This document shows, piece after piece, positions 1-9,388 of a stretch of 64,000 nt of DNA (within the stretch, counting starts at the first letter, position 1; every line of letters starts with the position of its first letter). The notes beneath the pieces were generated by a model. The model ran no database searches. It saw nothing but the letters and a program-made list of their open reading frames with translations, and was not told the DNA's origin. A program made the position numbers and the translations under genes. Where the stretch lies: the NCBI GenBank assembly GCA_047947115.1, contig CP170459.1, positions 4,384,001-4,448,000 on the forward strand, written 5' to 3'. Source of the DNA: Verrucomicrobiota bacterium. GTDB taxonomy: Bacteria > Verrucomicrobiota > Verrucomicrobiia > Limisphaerales > AAA164-E04.

Positions 1-96
1 GGAGAGCAGTCCGCTTTCCGAAAAAATCGATTCAACCTGGCCCACCAACTCGTTGTTGCCCGGACCTGATGGTTCGCCATCCGAAACTCTGATCAT
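1..96 (-). CDS. 5' end of a gene running off the window; probable DinG/YoaA-family ATP-dependent helicase
   Basis: ATG at 96 gives MIRVSDGEPSGPGNNELVGQVESIFSESGLLS, open to position 1. '..V..IFS..GLLS' resembles the DinG/YoaA N-terminus. Lies 22 bp downstream of a co-oriented gene. Confidence 0.45.
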   Translation of the reverse strand, partial: MIRVSDGEPSGPGNNELVGQVESIFSESGLLS

Positions 97-118
97 AAAA
101 GGTATGCTGAGTACCTCA

Positions 119-817
119 TCAATACTCGCGAGGCCGCAACACCACCACATCCTGTTCGGCGCGATTTTTGACAATCATGTTGTCCGGCAAAATGCCACGC
201 CAACAGACATTGGGGTAAACGATGGAATGGCGTCCGATCAAACTGCCGGGGTTGAGAACCGCATTGCATCCCACTTCCGCGTAGTCGCCGATGACTGCTC
301 CCAGCTTCCTCATGCCGGTGTCGATTGGCATCCCCCTGGCATCGACGTCATCGATAAAAATGGTATCCTGAGTGAGCTTGAAGTTCGAAATTTTAACACC
401 TGCGCCCAAATGGGCATGGGAACCCAATATGGAATCGCCGACATAGTTAAAATGAGGTGCCACGGCATGATTGAACAAAATGCTGTGTTTGATCTCGGTG
501 GCATTGCCCACCACACAGTGATCGCCAATGATGACGTTTTCGCGGATGTAGGCATTGGCTCGAATCTGGCATTTTTTACCGATGATCGCAGGCCCCAGAA
601 TGGTGGCCCCGGGTTCGACGACCGTCCCTTCGCCGATGAACACGTTTTCACCGATGAACCCGGGTTGGCCAATGGAAGTGTGCAACAACTCGGGTCGAAC
701 CGTTTTCTCAACGTATTCCTTCAGCCCCTTCAGTCCTTCCCAAACGCGGGAAAGATCGGTAAACAAACTGGCGTGCTCTGTTTCCTCTAGATTTAAAAAA
801 TGCTCCGGTCTCAGCAT
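119..817 (-). CDS. Hexapeptide-repeat (left-handed beta-helix) transferase resembling the GlmU C-terminal domain
   Basis: Hexapeptide repeats plus 'HFNYVGDSILG..AHLGAG', 'TGMRKLGAVIGD', 'GCNAVLNPG'. No nucleotidyltransferase domain. Start trimmed to MLRPEHF (817). Confidence 0.8.
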   Translation of the reverse strand: MLRPEHFLNLEETEHASLFTDLSRVWEGLKGLKEYVEKTVRPELLHTSIGQPGFIGENVFIGEGTVVEPGATILGPAIIGKKCQIRANAYIRENVIIGDHCVVGNATEIKHSILFNHAVAPHFNYVGDSILGSHAHLGAGVKISNFKLTQDTIFIDDVDARGMPIDTGMRKLGAVIGDYAEVGCNAVLNPGSLIGRHSIVYPNVCWRGILPDNMIVKNRAEQDVVVLRPREY

Positions 818-1060
818 GGCGCACATCCTACGTATCCTCTGATCAATGAAAAGTGAAAACAGGTGCAGCAGCTTACAAAAATGACGAAAGTCGCTTGCAG
901 CCGATGACGCCATTTTCTCGATATTGAGAAATCTCCGGACTCAGTGAGTAAATCTTTCACCCACCACAAACCCTGCACACAACATATCCAACTCTTTAAC
1001 AGAAACTTACACAAAACCACAACACAACCTCACAACAAAGAAATCCATTCAGTGTTGTTA

Positions 1061-1077
1061 TTGGCAGCTTTTTTGCT
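1061..1077 (+). promoter_or_regulatory. Putative sigma54 (-24/-12) promoter
   Basis: TTGGCAGCTTTTTTGCT has exact GG-N10-GC spacing with TGGCA and TTGCT, just upstream of the large surface-protein gene. Confidence 0.6.
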
Positions 1078-1123
1078 ATGTCACACGAAGGAAATGATTA
1101 GGATTGGCACAGCTTGGAAGGAT

Positions 1124-4100
1124 ATGAGGATAGAATCTACATTCGAATCTCGAACAACCACAGGACACCGGTACAACCTTACAGGAGGGGTGTCTCTCAT
1201 GGCTTACATGATTTTGATCAGCCTGGCCCCATGCTTATCAGCCCAAAAACCGGCACCTTTCCCGGCTGCTCCAGTGGCATTTAAAGGCAAGGCGTCAGAA
1301 GGTAAAATTGAACTGTCATGGAACCACTCGTCGAGGCGCACCTTGACCGGGTTTGAATTGGAAAGATCCATTTCCCCTGAAAACCCCGAAGCACCGATCA
1401 GCCTGCCCATTGATGCGGATACTTATACAGATGAAAGGATCGTGGATGGCCTGTCCTACACCTATCACCTTTACGCAGTTCAGGGGGACACAAAAAGCGA
1501 ACCCGCCAGCCTCACCATCACGGGTATAGGAGCCTCCATTCCCACACCTACGGATCCACCACCAAGTCCCGAGCCCAATCCCAAACCCAGCCCCAATCCC
1601 AAACCGAATCAGGAAACCGATCCAACACCCGTCATCAAACCCCGCATCGTCCGGCAATCGGGATCGGCGGTACTGCTTCCAGGCGTTACGGCAACCTTGA
1701 TCATTGAAGCAGAAGGAACGGCTCCGTTGGAGTATCAGTGGTTTTACAACGGCATTGAACTTTCAAATGCCACGGAAGCATTTCTGCAAATAGGCAATTT
1801 CAACGCAGGCACCGTGGGAAACTACGTAGTGCGCGTGACAAATTCGGCGGGCTCCGTCCTTTCCAATTCCATGAGACTGGACCTGAATGCCAATCAAGGG
1901 CAAAGCATAGTGGAAATCACCTGGGACGCCAGGTTTGAAAGTGCCAACGGAAACAACAGCGAGCCCGTGGGCGTCTTCCACCAGGGGAGTGGAGCCCTTG
2001 TCGCCGGCACCTTCAACCAAAAGGACAGTGAGAACAGGGATTTTCTGGTCATTAGCTATGATTCCAGCGGGACACAGAATTGGGCCGTGCGTCCGACATT
2101 CAATGACAACAGTCAGGAAACAGCCGAACATGCTTTGATGGACGGCTCGGGGAACATCATCGTCGGGGGTGTCACACTGGTAAATCCGGCCGATTTGTTG
2201 GACGAAATATCCACTGACTTACCTCAAGGACCTGTTCAATTACCTTTCATCGCTTCAGTAGGAACCGGTGGCGGTATCAACTGGACCTTTACGCCCCCAG
2301 TCTCACCCAACGATATCGTGGAGACGGTTGACGTACAAATGGATCAAAGTGGAACACTTTACCTGCTGGCGAACATCTTCTCGGAAGCAGTTCAAGGCAT
2401 GGTGTTGCAGCCGATCGACATCAGGTCGGGAGAACCGGGTGAGCCCATCTGGTCGGATCCGAAGTCACCCTTTTTGGCGGAAGCCATGGCGGTTTCTGCA
2501 AATGGACGCATCTACGTTCTGGGTGTGTCGAGCACTAATGGGGGTGGATTGGAAGTAAGATGCTACCGTCCCAATGGGCGCATGGACTGGGCAACCAACC
2601 TCGCGAGCCTTGGCTATTCACTTTTTGCTCCGGATAACATCCTGTTGGACCCAAGAAATGCCCTCTATCTGATCGGCACCACTGTCAGCGCCGAAACCGG
2701 TGCCAACATTCAAATCATCCATTTGAATTCCGACGGTTCCAATCACTGGCAAAACCAGATATCCTTACAGGGCATGACAAACGAGATCCCTGAAGTTGCC
2801 ATCGTGGACTCAACCGGAGCCCTGATTGTTGCCGGCACAACAAGCGCCTCAAACTCGAACCCTCAAATCATCATAGGGAAATTTCTTCCGACGGGGGGTG
2901 CGGCATGGGCCAGCGCGATACCCGCCTCTTCACCGAACCAGCCGGATCAGGTAACGGACATCGACCTGGATGCGGGTGACAACATTTACCTTTCAGCCAT
3001 CCGGACCACCGCGGACTCCGGTCAGGACTTTGCATCGCTTGCCTTTTCCCCTACCGGTGCACTCGCCTATGAAACACGCTTCCAGGAACCGGGAAACACG
3101 TTTGAAGAAGCAACCCATATCGACTCGGATTCAAGCGGAAATGTCCTCATGACCGGCTACGCCATCGTGGACAACCAGCCGCAGATCATTACGGTCAGAC
3201 AGGCACCACGAGCCACCGAGCCCAATGAAATTCCCGAAGTAAGTTGGAACGATAAGTTTTTTAAAAAACCGGTGATAGCGCCGGGGAAATGGACTCTGGA
3301 ATTGGATGCAAAGGATCCTGACGGAAACATCACGAAGGTCGAATTCCTCGAAGGCCTGAACGTTTTGTCAACCGATACGGAAGCTCCCTTCACCTATGAA
3401 TTTTCTTCAGAAACAGCTGTCACACGACGCTTTTTTGCTCGCGCATTTGATGATCAAGGTGGGGTGACCATTTCAGACGTTCTGACGGTGGAAATCATCC
3501 TTCCCGCTGAACAAGGCCCGGTATTATCTCTGGCAATTGAAGACAAGATACTCACCGCCGGCTCCGACCTGACGCTGGATTATGGCGTAGTCGGCAATCA
3601 GCCACTGCGTTACCAGTGGTTTTTGAATGGCGAACGCTTGAAAGGAGCGGATCAGGAAACGCTCCCCATCCTTCCGGCGGTGACCAGAGCAAATTCTGGC
3701 AGCTACCAGTTACGCGTTGAGAACCGTGATGGCAAACGCTTTTCTGATCCGGTGACTGTCTCACTCGATTGGACAGTTCTGGATGGCGCGGACCAATTCA
3801 GCCAAGCCACCCCAATCACAGGAAACTCCGGCAATGTGCGCACATCCAACGACAACGCAACCCTGGAAGCAGGCGAACCAAGACACGCCAACAAACGGGG
3901 CGGAAAATCCATTTGGTACATCTGGCGTCCAGACGCATCGGGACTCGCCACCCTTTCCCTCCAGGGATCCAGCTTCGACACTTTGCTCTCCGTTTATGCC
4001 GGGAATGACATCACGCAATTAACCGAAGTAGAACGAGACGACGACCGCGGCGGCTTTTCCACCAGTGCCCTGCAGTTCAATGCACAAGCGGGTGTCGATT

Positions 4101-5173
4101 ATCTGATCGCCATTGACGGTTTCAACAATGCCAGTGGGAACATCCTTTTCAGTTGGGACCTCAATGTTGCCCAACTGGTCAGCATCCCCAGAGTCCGAAT
4201 CACACCCGAGAAAAACACAGTCAACCTCGGCGAACCTTACCAACTCACCGCGTCGGTCGCGGGCAACATCCAGAACGTCAATCTACAATGGGTGCACAAC
4301 GGCACGCCCGTCCCCGGGGCAACCGGCACAACATTGGATATCGCCGCTGCTACTCCTCTTGATGCGGGTGCCTACTGGATCACACTCGATGCCGGCGGCA
4401 ACAATGCCCGAACCCAACCCGCTCACTTGACGGTCAACGTTCCTCGCCGAGGTGGACGCATCATCCGAGAACTGGTATTGGAAGAAAAATTTGCGGACCT
4501 GTTCTTCAACATCCAGGACCTGCGCCCCGGACTGTTGTTCCAGCCTCAGCGAGTCGGCTCAGCATTCCGCACCCGTGCGGCGTCCCTTGCAACAGGATTT
4601 ACCGGAGCCCAAATCTTCAACACATTCGGTGCCACCAAGGAAGCCGGCGAGCCGGATCACTGCGGCATTCCCGGAGGTGCTTCCCAATGGTTCGCCTATG
4701 AAGCCCCGGCGGACGGCGATTTGACCATCAGCACCGACGGCAGCGATTTTGATACCGTCATGGCTGTCTACACCTCCTCTGGCAGCAGCTTTGCTGACCT
4801 CACCGAAGTGATCTGCGACAATGATAGCGGAGCAGATGGGCTGGACAGCCTGGTCACCTTTTCCGTAACAGCCGGCACGGTCTATTTCATCGCGGTCGAC
4901 GGAGTGGAAGCCGCCACCGGCACCGTCAACCTCGCCTATGAACTGGATGTGGGCATGAGCATCCAGAACCTCGGGCTCCAGAATGAAGGACTACAATTCG
5001 AAGTTCAGACGGTTCCCGGCCTCAACTTCCTCATTGAAGGAACCGAGGACATGATCCATTGGAGCATCCTGGAAAGCACCAGCTCGGTAGAAGGCACCTA
5101 CATCTACATCGACACCACTGCGTTGCCCGGAGTTGGAACACTTCGCTTCTACCGTGTCACGCCAGGAGAGTAA
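1124..5173 (+). CDS. Large secreted multidomain protein (FN3, Pro-rich linker, Ig domains, beta-propeller repeats, two PPC-like domains, C-terminal FYR domain)
   Basis: Signal-like '..MILISLAPCLSA'. Ig motifs (YQWFYNG, YQWFLNG, LQWVHNG). Duplicated 'AT.EAGEP.H....GG.S.W...G...FDT...VY' domain. Start uncertain (1094/1124/1199; ORF opens at 944). Confidence 0.85.
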   Translation: MRIESTFESRTTTGHRYNLTGGVSLMAYMILISLAPCLSAQKPAPFPAAPVAFKGKASEGKIELSWNHSSRRTLTGFELERSISPENPEAPISLPIDADTYTDERIVDGLSYTYHLYAVQGDTKSEPASLTITGIGASIPTPTDPPPSPEPNPKPSPNPKPNQETDPTPVIKPRIVRQSGSAVLLPGVTATLIIEAEGTAPLEYQWFYNGIELSNATEAFLQIGNFNAGTVGNYVVRVTNSAGSVLSNSMRLDLNANQGQSIVEITWDARFESANGNNSEPVGVFHQGSGALVAGTFNQKDSENRDFLVISYDSSGTQNWAVRPTFNDNSQETAEHALMDGSGNIIVGGVTLVNPADLLDEISTDLPQGPVQLPFIASVGTGGGINWTFTPPVSPNDIVETVDVQMDQSGTLYLLANIFSEAVQGMVLQPIDIRSGEPGEPIWSDPKSPFLAEAMAVSANGRIYVLGVSSTNGGGLEVRCYRPNGRMDWATNLASLGYSLFAPDNILLDPRNALYLIGTTVSAETGANIQIIHLNSDGSNHWQNQISLQGMTNEIPEVAIVDSTGALIVAGTTSASNSNPQIIIGKFLPTGGAAWASAIPASSPNQPDQVTDIDLDAGDNIYLSAIRTTADSGQDFASLAFSPTGALAYETRFQEPGNTFEEATHIDSDSSGNVLMTGYAIVDNQPQIITVRQAPRATEPNEIPEVSWNDKFFKKPVIAPGKWTLELDAKDPDGNITKVEFLEGLNVLSTDTEAPFTYEFSSETAVTRRFFARAFDDQGGVTISDVLTVEIILPAEQGPVLSLAIEDKILTAGSDLTLDYGVVGNQPLRYQWFLNGERLKGADQETLPILPAVTRANSGSYQLRVENRDGKRFSDPVTVSLDWTVLDGADQFSQATPITGNSGNVRTSNDNATLEAGEPRHANKRGGKSIWYIWRPDASGLATLSLQGSSFDTLLSVYAGNDITQLTEVERDDDRGGFSTSALQFNAQAGVDYLIAIDGFNNASGNILFSWDLNVAQLVSIPRVRITPEKNTVNLGEPYQLTASVAGNIQNVNLQWVHNGTPVPGATGTTLDIAAATPLDAGAYWITLDAGGNNARTQPAHLTVNVPRRGGRIIRELVLEEKFADLFFNIQDLRPGLLFQPQRVGSAFRTRAASLATGFTGAQIFNTFGATKEAGEPDHCGIPGGASQWFAYEAPADGDLTISTDGSDFDTVMAVYTSSGSSFADLTEVICDNDSGADGLDSLVTFSVTAGTVYFIAVDGVEAATGTVNLAYELDVGMSIQNLGLQNEGLQFEVQTVPGLNFLIEGTEDMIHWSILESTSSVEGTYIYIDTTALPGVGTLRFYRVTPGE
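1540..1632 (+). repeat. Coding Pro-rich linker with an imperfect 18-bp tandem duplication (PEPNPKPSPNPKPN)
   Basis: cccaatcccaaacc occurs twice, 18 bp apart; translates to a P-x linker between the FN3 and Ig domains. Confidence 0.7.
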
Positions 5174-5216
5174 TATTTGGATTTGATTTTCAGGCTGCAT
5201 CCCTGAGAATGCATTC

Positions 5217-6803
5217 ATGTTCCTGCGATTAATTTTGGCGTGGATGGCGTATGTCATCGGTGTGAATGCTGGGGTCGAACGCCCCAACATTCTGTTGATC
5301 ATGGCGGATGATCTGGGCTTCTCGGACCTTGGTTGCTACGGATCTGAAATCCAAACCCCCAACCTGGATCGACTCGCGCAATCAGGTCTGAGGTTCACAC
5401 AGTTCTACAACACAGCCAAATGTCACTCGTCCCGCGTGTCCTTGTTGACAGGTCTCTACTGTGACCAGGCGGGTTCGGAATCCTTGAGCCGGGGAGCCAC
5501 CATCGCCGAGGTACTGGGATCCGCCGGTTATTTCACCGCCATGTCAGGAAAATGGCATTTGAGCAAGCAACCCACCGACTTTGGTTTTGATCGCTACTGG
5601 GGACATTTGTCAGGTGCCGTCAATTTCTTCGTAGGAGACAATTCCTTCCGTTTGAACGGCGAAAAGTGGGAGGTGCCTGAAACCCTGAACGAAAAACCAT
5701 TTTACACCACCCACGCCATAACCGACTTCGCTCTGAATTTCCTCGACGAAGCCAGGCAGTCCGAAAAACCCTTTTTTCTTTATGTCGCTTACAATGCCCC
5801 TCATTACCCGTTGCAAGCTCCGGAAAAAGATGTCCTCAAGTATGACGGACAATACGATCAAGGATGGGATGAACTTCGCAAGCAGAGACATCAGCGTCAG
5901 GTGGCCTCAGGTCTTTTACCCGCCAGGTGGAAGTTATCCCCTCGCCCGGACCATGTCCCGGCCTGGAACGATGTCGAATCCTCTGAGAAATCCTGGGAAG
6001 CCGACCGCATGGAAGTCTTCGCCGCCATGGTGGATGTATTGGATCAGAATATTGGAAGACTTGTTCAAAAGCTGAAAGATCAGGGCGTCTATGATAACAC
6101 TTTGATTCTCTTTTGTTCGGATAACGGAGCCTGCCCGTTTGAAAGAACGAGAGGACGCTATCTCAAACCCTGGGATCCGGATTCCTACTGGACCTATGAC
6201 GCCAGCTGGGCGCACGCCGGAAACACCCCGTTTCGTCTATATAAACAAAACCAGCACGAAGGCGGCATCAGTTCTCCCATGATCGCTCACTGGCCCAAAG
6301 GGCTTAAGCTGAAATCAAGCGAAGGTATTCGAACACTCAACGATGGCAGTGTCGTCACCGATCAACCCGCCCACCTGATCGATGTCATGGCCACCGCGAT
6401 CGAACTCGGAGATGCCGAGTATCCATCACAAGTTGGTGAACGCAAAATCGATCCCCTGATGGGAAAATCGCTGGCGCCCATCTTCGAGGGCAACAAACGA
6501 GAACCTCACGAAACACTTTACTTCCATTTTGGCAATGACCGGGCGCTGCGACAGGGGCCATGGAAACTCGCATCAGCAAAACTCGGAAGCTGGGAACTCT
6601 ACAACCTGGATGAAGACCGCACCGAGCTCAATGATCTGTCAAAACGACATCCCGAACGAGTGGAAGCCATGGCGAGCGAATGGTTCCGGATCGCCAAAGA
6701 TGTCGAACGACTCAAAGCAAAACAAGTCGCCCCCGTCAAAGACAAGCGAACACCCTTGAATTTCCGCAGGAGCACCAAAACCGGTTCGGCAGCCAAGAAT
6801 TAA
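5217..6803 (+). CDS. Arylsulfatase (formylglycine-dependent S1 family), exported
   Basis: RPNILLIMADDLG, CHSSRVSLLTG, GKWHL, SDNG, HEGGISSP, ELYNL..D..E. Confidence 0.93.
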   Translation: MFLRLILAWMAYVIGVNAGVERPNILLIMADDLGFSDLGCYGSEIQTPNLDRLAQSGLRFTQFYNTAKCHSSRVSLLTGLYCDQAGSESLSRGATIAEVLGSAGYFTAMSGKWHLSKQPTDFGFDRYWGHLSGAVNFFVGDNSFRLNGEKWEVPETLNEKPFYTTHAITDFALNFLDEARQSEKPFFLYVAYNAPHYPLQAPEKDVLKYDGQYDQGWDELRKQRHQRQVASGLLPARWKLSPRPDHVPAWNDVESSEKSWEADRMEVFAAMVDVLDQNIGRLVQKLKDQGVYDNTLILFCSDNGACPFERTRGRYLKPWDPDSYWTYDASWAHAGNTPFRLYKQNQHEGGISSPMIAHWPKGLKLKSSEGIRTLNDGSVVTDQPAHLIDVMATAIELGDAEYPSQVGERKIDPLMGKSLAPIFEGNKREPHETLYFHFGNDRALRQGPWKLASAKLGSWELYNLDEDRTELNDLSKRHPERVEAMASEWFRIAKDVERLKAKQVAPVKDKRTPLNFRRSTKTGSAAKN

Positions 6804-6826
6804 CCTGACCCATTAATTTCAACAAC

Positions 6827-7561
6827 ATGCACACATCCATCGTCCGATCACTCTGGATCATCCTGGCCATCGTTCTCACCGGACCACTCCTCTCTCAGGA
6901 CCAGTTGCCTGCGTTGAATCCAGAGAAAGGAATTCGATTCCACCCCGTCATACAACACATTGAAGGGTGGAAGATCCATATTCAGCCGGTGTTATTAAGA
7001 ACCGACGAAGGAAAGCAGTCCATCCGCATGTTGGCCGATCATTTGCATCGCATTTCCATCCTGATCCCGGAGGAGCCACTCAAGAAAATGCGGACATTGG
7101 AGATTTGGATTGAAGAGGACCACCCCACCCTTAAGTCAATGCAGTATCACCCCAGCCTGGGCTGGTTGGAAAACAACGGACACGATCCACGTCTGGCGAA
7201 GAAGGTGCATATCCCGGTTGCCGCTCATTTGCTTTCGCGCCAACAGCTCCTGAAACATCCCGCGGTCGTGCTGCACGAACTGGCACATGCCTACCATGAC
7301 CAGATTCTTGACTTCGATCACCCGGAGATTCTGGAAGCGTACAAAAAAGCGGAAGCAGCCGGAATATACGAAGAAGTTCTACTCTACACCGGAAAAAAAG
7401 TCCGCCACTACGGTCTCACCAATCACAAGGAATACTTTGCGGAAGCCACGGAAGCTTATTTTTACCGAAACGATTTTTACCCATTCGTCCGGGCCGAACT
7501 CGAACTACACGATCCAGCCATCCATAGGGTGCTGGAAAAAATATGGGGTGACGCGAGGTGA
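6827..7561 (+). CDS. Secreted zinc metallopeptidase-like protein (HExxH...E)
   Basis: Signal peptide; VLHELAHAYH and downstream NHKEYFAEATEAYF. Confidence 0.8.
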   Translation: MHTSIVRSLWIILAIVLTGPLLSQDQLPALNPEKGIRFHPVIQHIEGWKIHIQPVLLRTDEGKQSIRMLADHLHRISILIPEEPLKKMRTLEIWIEEDHPTLKSMQYHPSLGWLENNGHDPRLAKKVHIPVAAHLLSRQQLLKHPAVVLHELAHAYHDQILDFDHPEILEAYKKAEAAGIYEEVLLYTGKKVRHYGLTNHKEYFAEATEAYFYRNDFYPFVRAELELHDPAIHRVLEKIWGDAR

Positions 7562-7565
7562 AGAA

Positions 7566-7640
7566 AACACGAAGAATGACGAAGGTGAAACGGATCATTT
7601 CGTTCAAACAAATCTTCGCGTTTCTTCGTCGCTTGTGGTT
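7566..7640. repeat. Imperfect intergenic inverted repeat between convergent genes (REP-like or bidirectional terminator)
   Basis: acgaagaatgacgaag ... cttcgcgtttcttcgt. Confidence 0.45.
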
Positions 7641-7668
7641 GGAAAGAACACTTATCCAAGGATCTGAA

Positions 7669-9123
7669 TCATTGTAAGTTCTGAAACTGCAATGGTCGCT
7701 CATCGCTGCCGTGAATCAACCCCAGGGCAATGTCCGACTTGAAGGAAGGTGCACTCAGCATTCTAACGCCACCACCCGAGACTGTTTCCTGTTTCAAGAC
7801 ATCTCCGCTCAAGGTATCGGTCCAGGTCGCTGTCCACTCACCTTTTGACAATTGTATCTCAAGCTCAGCCGGAACTTCGCTGACGACATAGATCGCCATG
7901 GCTTTCCCTGGCTGGACCAGGGCGCGTGCAGTTCCGCCCTCCGGCACGCCTCCACGAATCACTGAATTGTCTGGATGCATTTGAACGAAATCAAACTGGC
8001 GGATAAAATCCCCCAAAATCCTCATCTGCCTGCGAAATCCCGTATTGCCTCCTCCTGGCTGCGTGGATGGATACTCAAAGGTTCCGTCCTCAAATCCAAC
8101 CGCAAAAGAGTAGTCGAGATGATTAAACAATCCCCCACCCGCCATAATAAAATCCCAGGCTTCCTTGCGGTAAGGTTCATCGGCGTTGCCCCGAAATCCT
8201 GTTTCATTGTCACCAATTACTTTGTTCAAATGATAATTCATACCGACAGCGTCAGGCGGGGTCGCGTAATGAAAGTTGAACACGGAAACACCGGGATGCG
8301 GTTTCTCAATAAGAGCTTTTTTGTTGGCGATGTTTTGAGTGATGAGGTGTTTGTTGGGAAGAGCTTTTTCTGTCTCAATCATCAGGTCGGCAATGCGATG
8401 CTGCCATTCCATCGTCACGCCCCCGAAGTACGGCTCGTTGGCGATTTCGAGCATGACGTTGTCATATGGATTGAGCACTTCGGTGAGCTTCCGCGTCAAG
8501 GCTTCCTGATAGGCCAACAACCCACCGTTACGATCCAGTGTATATACATCATTTCGGCCGATACCCCCTACTCCATTGATGTTGTTGGCGGCGTTCATCG
8601 GGCTCAAATCCCATTGCATATCACGATACATGGGGCAAAAAAAGGTAAACTCGATCACCACCCCTTTTTCCTGGGCATATTCCATCAAATCGCGCAGACG
8701 CTCAAAATAAGCCGGATCCCACGTATCCAGATCAAACTTGTTGCCACCATTGGCGTATCCTGGTGTGTCGCTTCGTTTCCAAGGTGCCATCAACCGACCT
8801 TCAAGTGGAGCCAGGGTGTTCCGTGTAATATTGAAAGCCCCTTGCGGCTCGCAGTAGGCTCCGCTGAACACGCGGGTGAGGTTCATTCCCTGATCGGCCA
8901 AGGTATCGAGGTAGGTGCGATAATCGAAATCAAGATTCAGCAGAGTCCCGTAATGCTCGGCTGAAGTGATCAGGATGGTCGGTTGCCCACGCCACATGAA
9001 GTAGTGTGGATTCTCGGGGTGCAGCCGAATGGGGATTTCGGACTGAACTTCAGACATACAAGTTAGGCCTGTAACGTACAAAACTGCCCCGAACCCTATT
9101 GTGATCAGCGAACGAGCTTTCAT
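7669..9123 (-). CDS. Exported clan GH-A (GH5-like) glycoside hydrolase
   Basis: Signal peptide; 'HPENPHYF', acid/base motif EIANEP, candidate nucleophile DNETGF, C-terminal beta-sandwich. Confidence 0.75.
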   Translation of the reverse strand: MKARSLITIGFGAVLYVTGLTCMSEVQSEIPIRLHPENPHYFMWRGQPTILITSAEHYGTLLNLDFDYRTYLDTLADQGMNLTRVFSGAYCEPQGAFNITRNTLAPLEGRLMAPWKRSDTPGYANGGNKFDLDTWDPAYFERLRDLMEYAQEKGVVIEFTFFCPMYRDMQWDLSPMNAANNINGVGGIGRNDVYTLDRNGGLLAYQEALTRKLTEVLNPYDNVMLEIANEPYFGGVTMEWQHRIADLMIETEKALPNKHLITQNIANKKALIEKPHPGVSVFNFHYATPPDAVGMNYHLNKVIGDNETGFRGNADEPYRKEAWDFIMAGGGLFNHLDYSFAVGFEDGTFEYPSTQPGGGNTGFRRQMRILGDFIRQFDFVQMHPDNSVIRGGVPEGGTARALVQPGKAMAIYVVSEVPAELEIQLSKGEWTATWTDTLSGDVLKQETVSGGGVRMLSAPSFKSDIALGLIHGSDERPLQFQNLQ

Positions 9124-9388
9124 ATTTCAAACACGCATTTGAAACATATTATGGAATAAACGATATGAAGTCACTCCATTCCTTTTCCAACACGTGCACC
9201 TCATGTTGTCCCAATACGAAAAATTTGACGCAAAACCCCCGTGAAATTCACAGAAACGGAATCGAATCAACCACGGAGCGATTTAATTTGGGTCAACGAT
9301 GTTAAGCCGATTCTGAACGAACAAAACGAAATCCTCACAATCAACGAACCCGCTTGCGTCCAAAGGCGAAGCTCGCTAGCCTGTCGGC

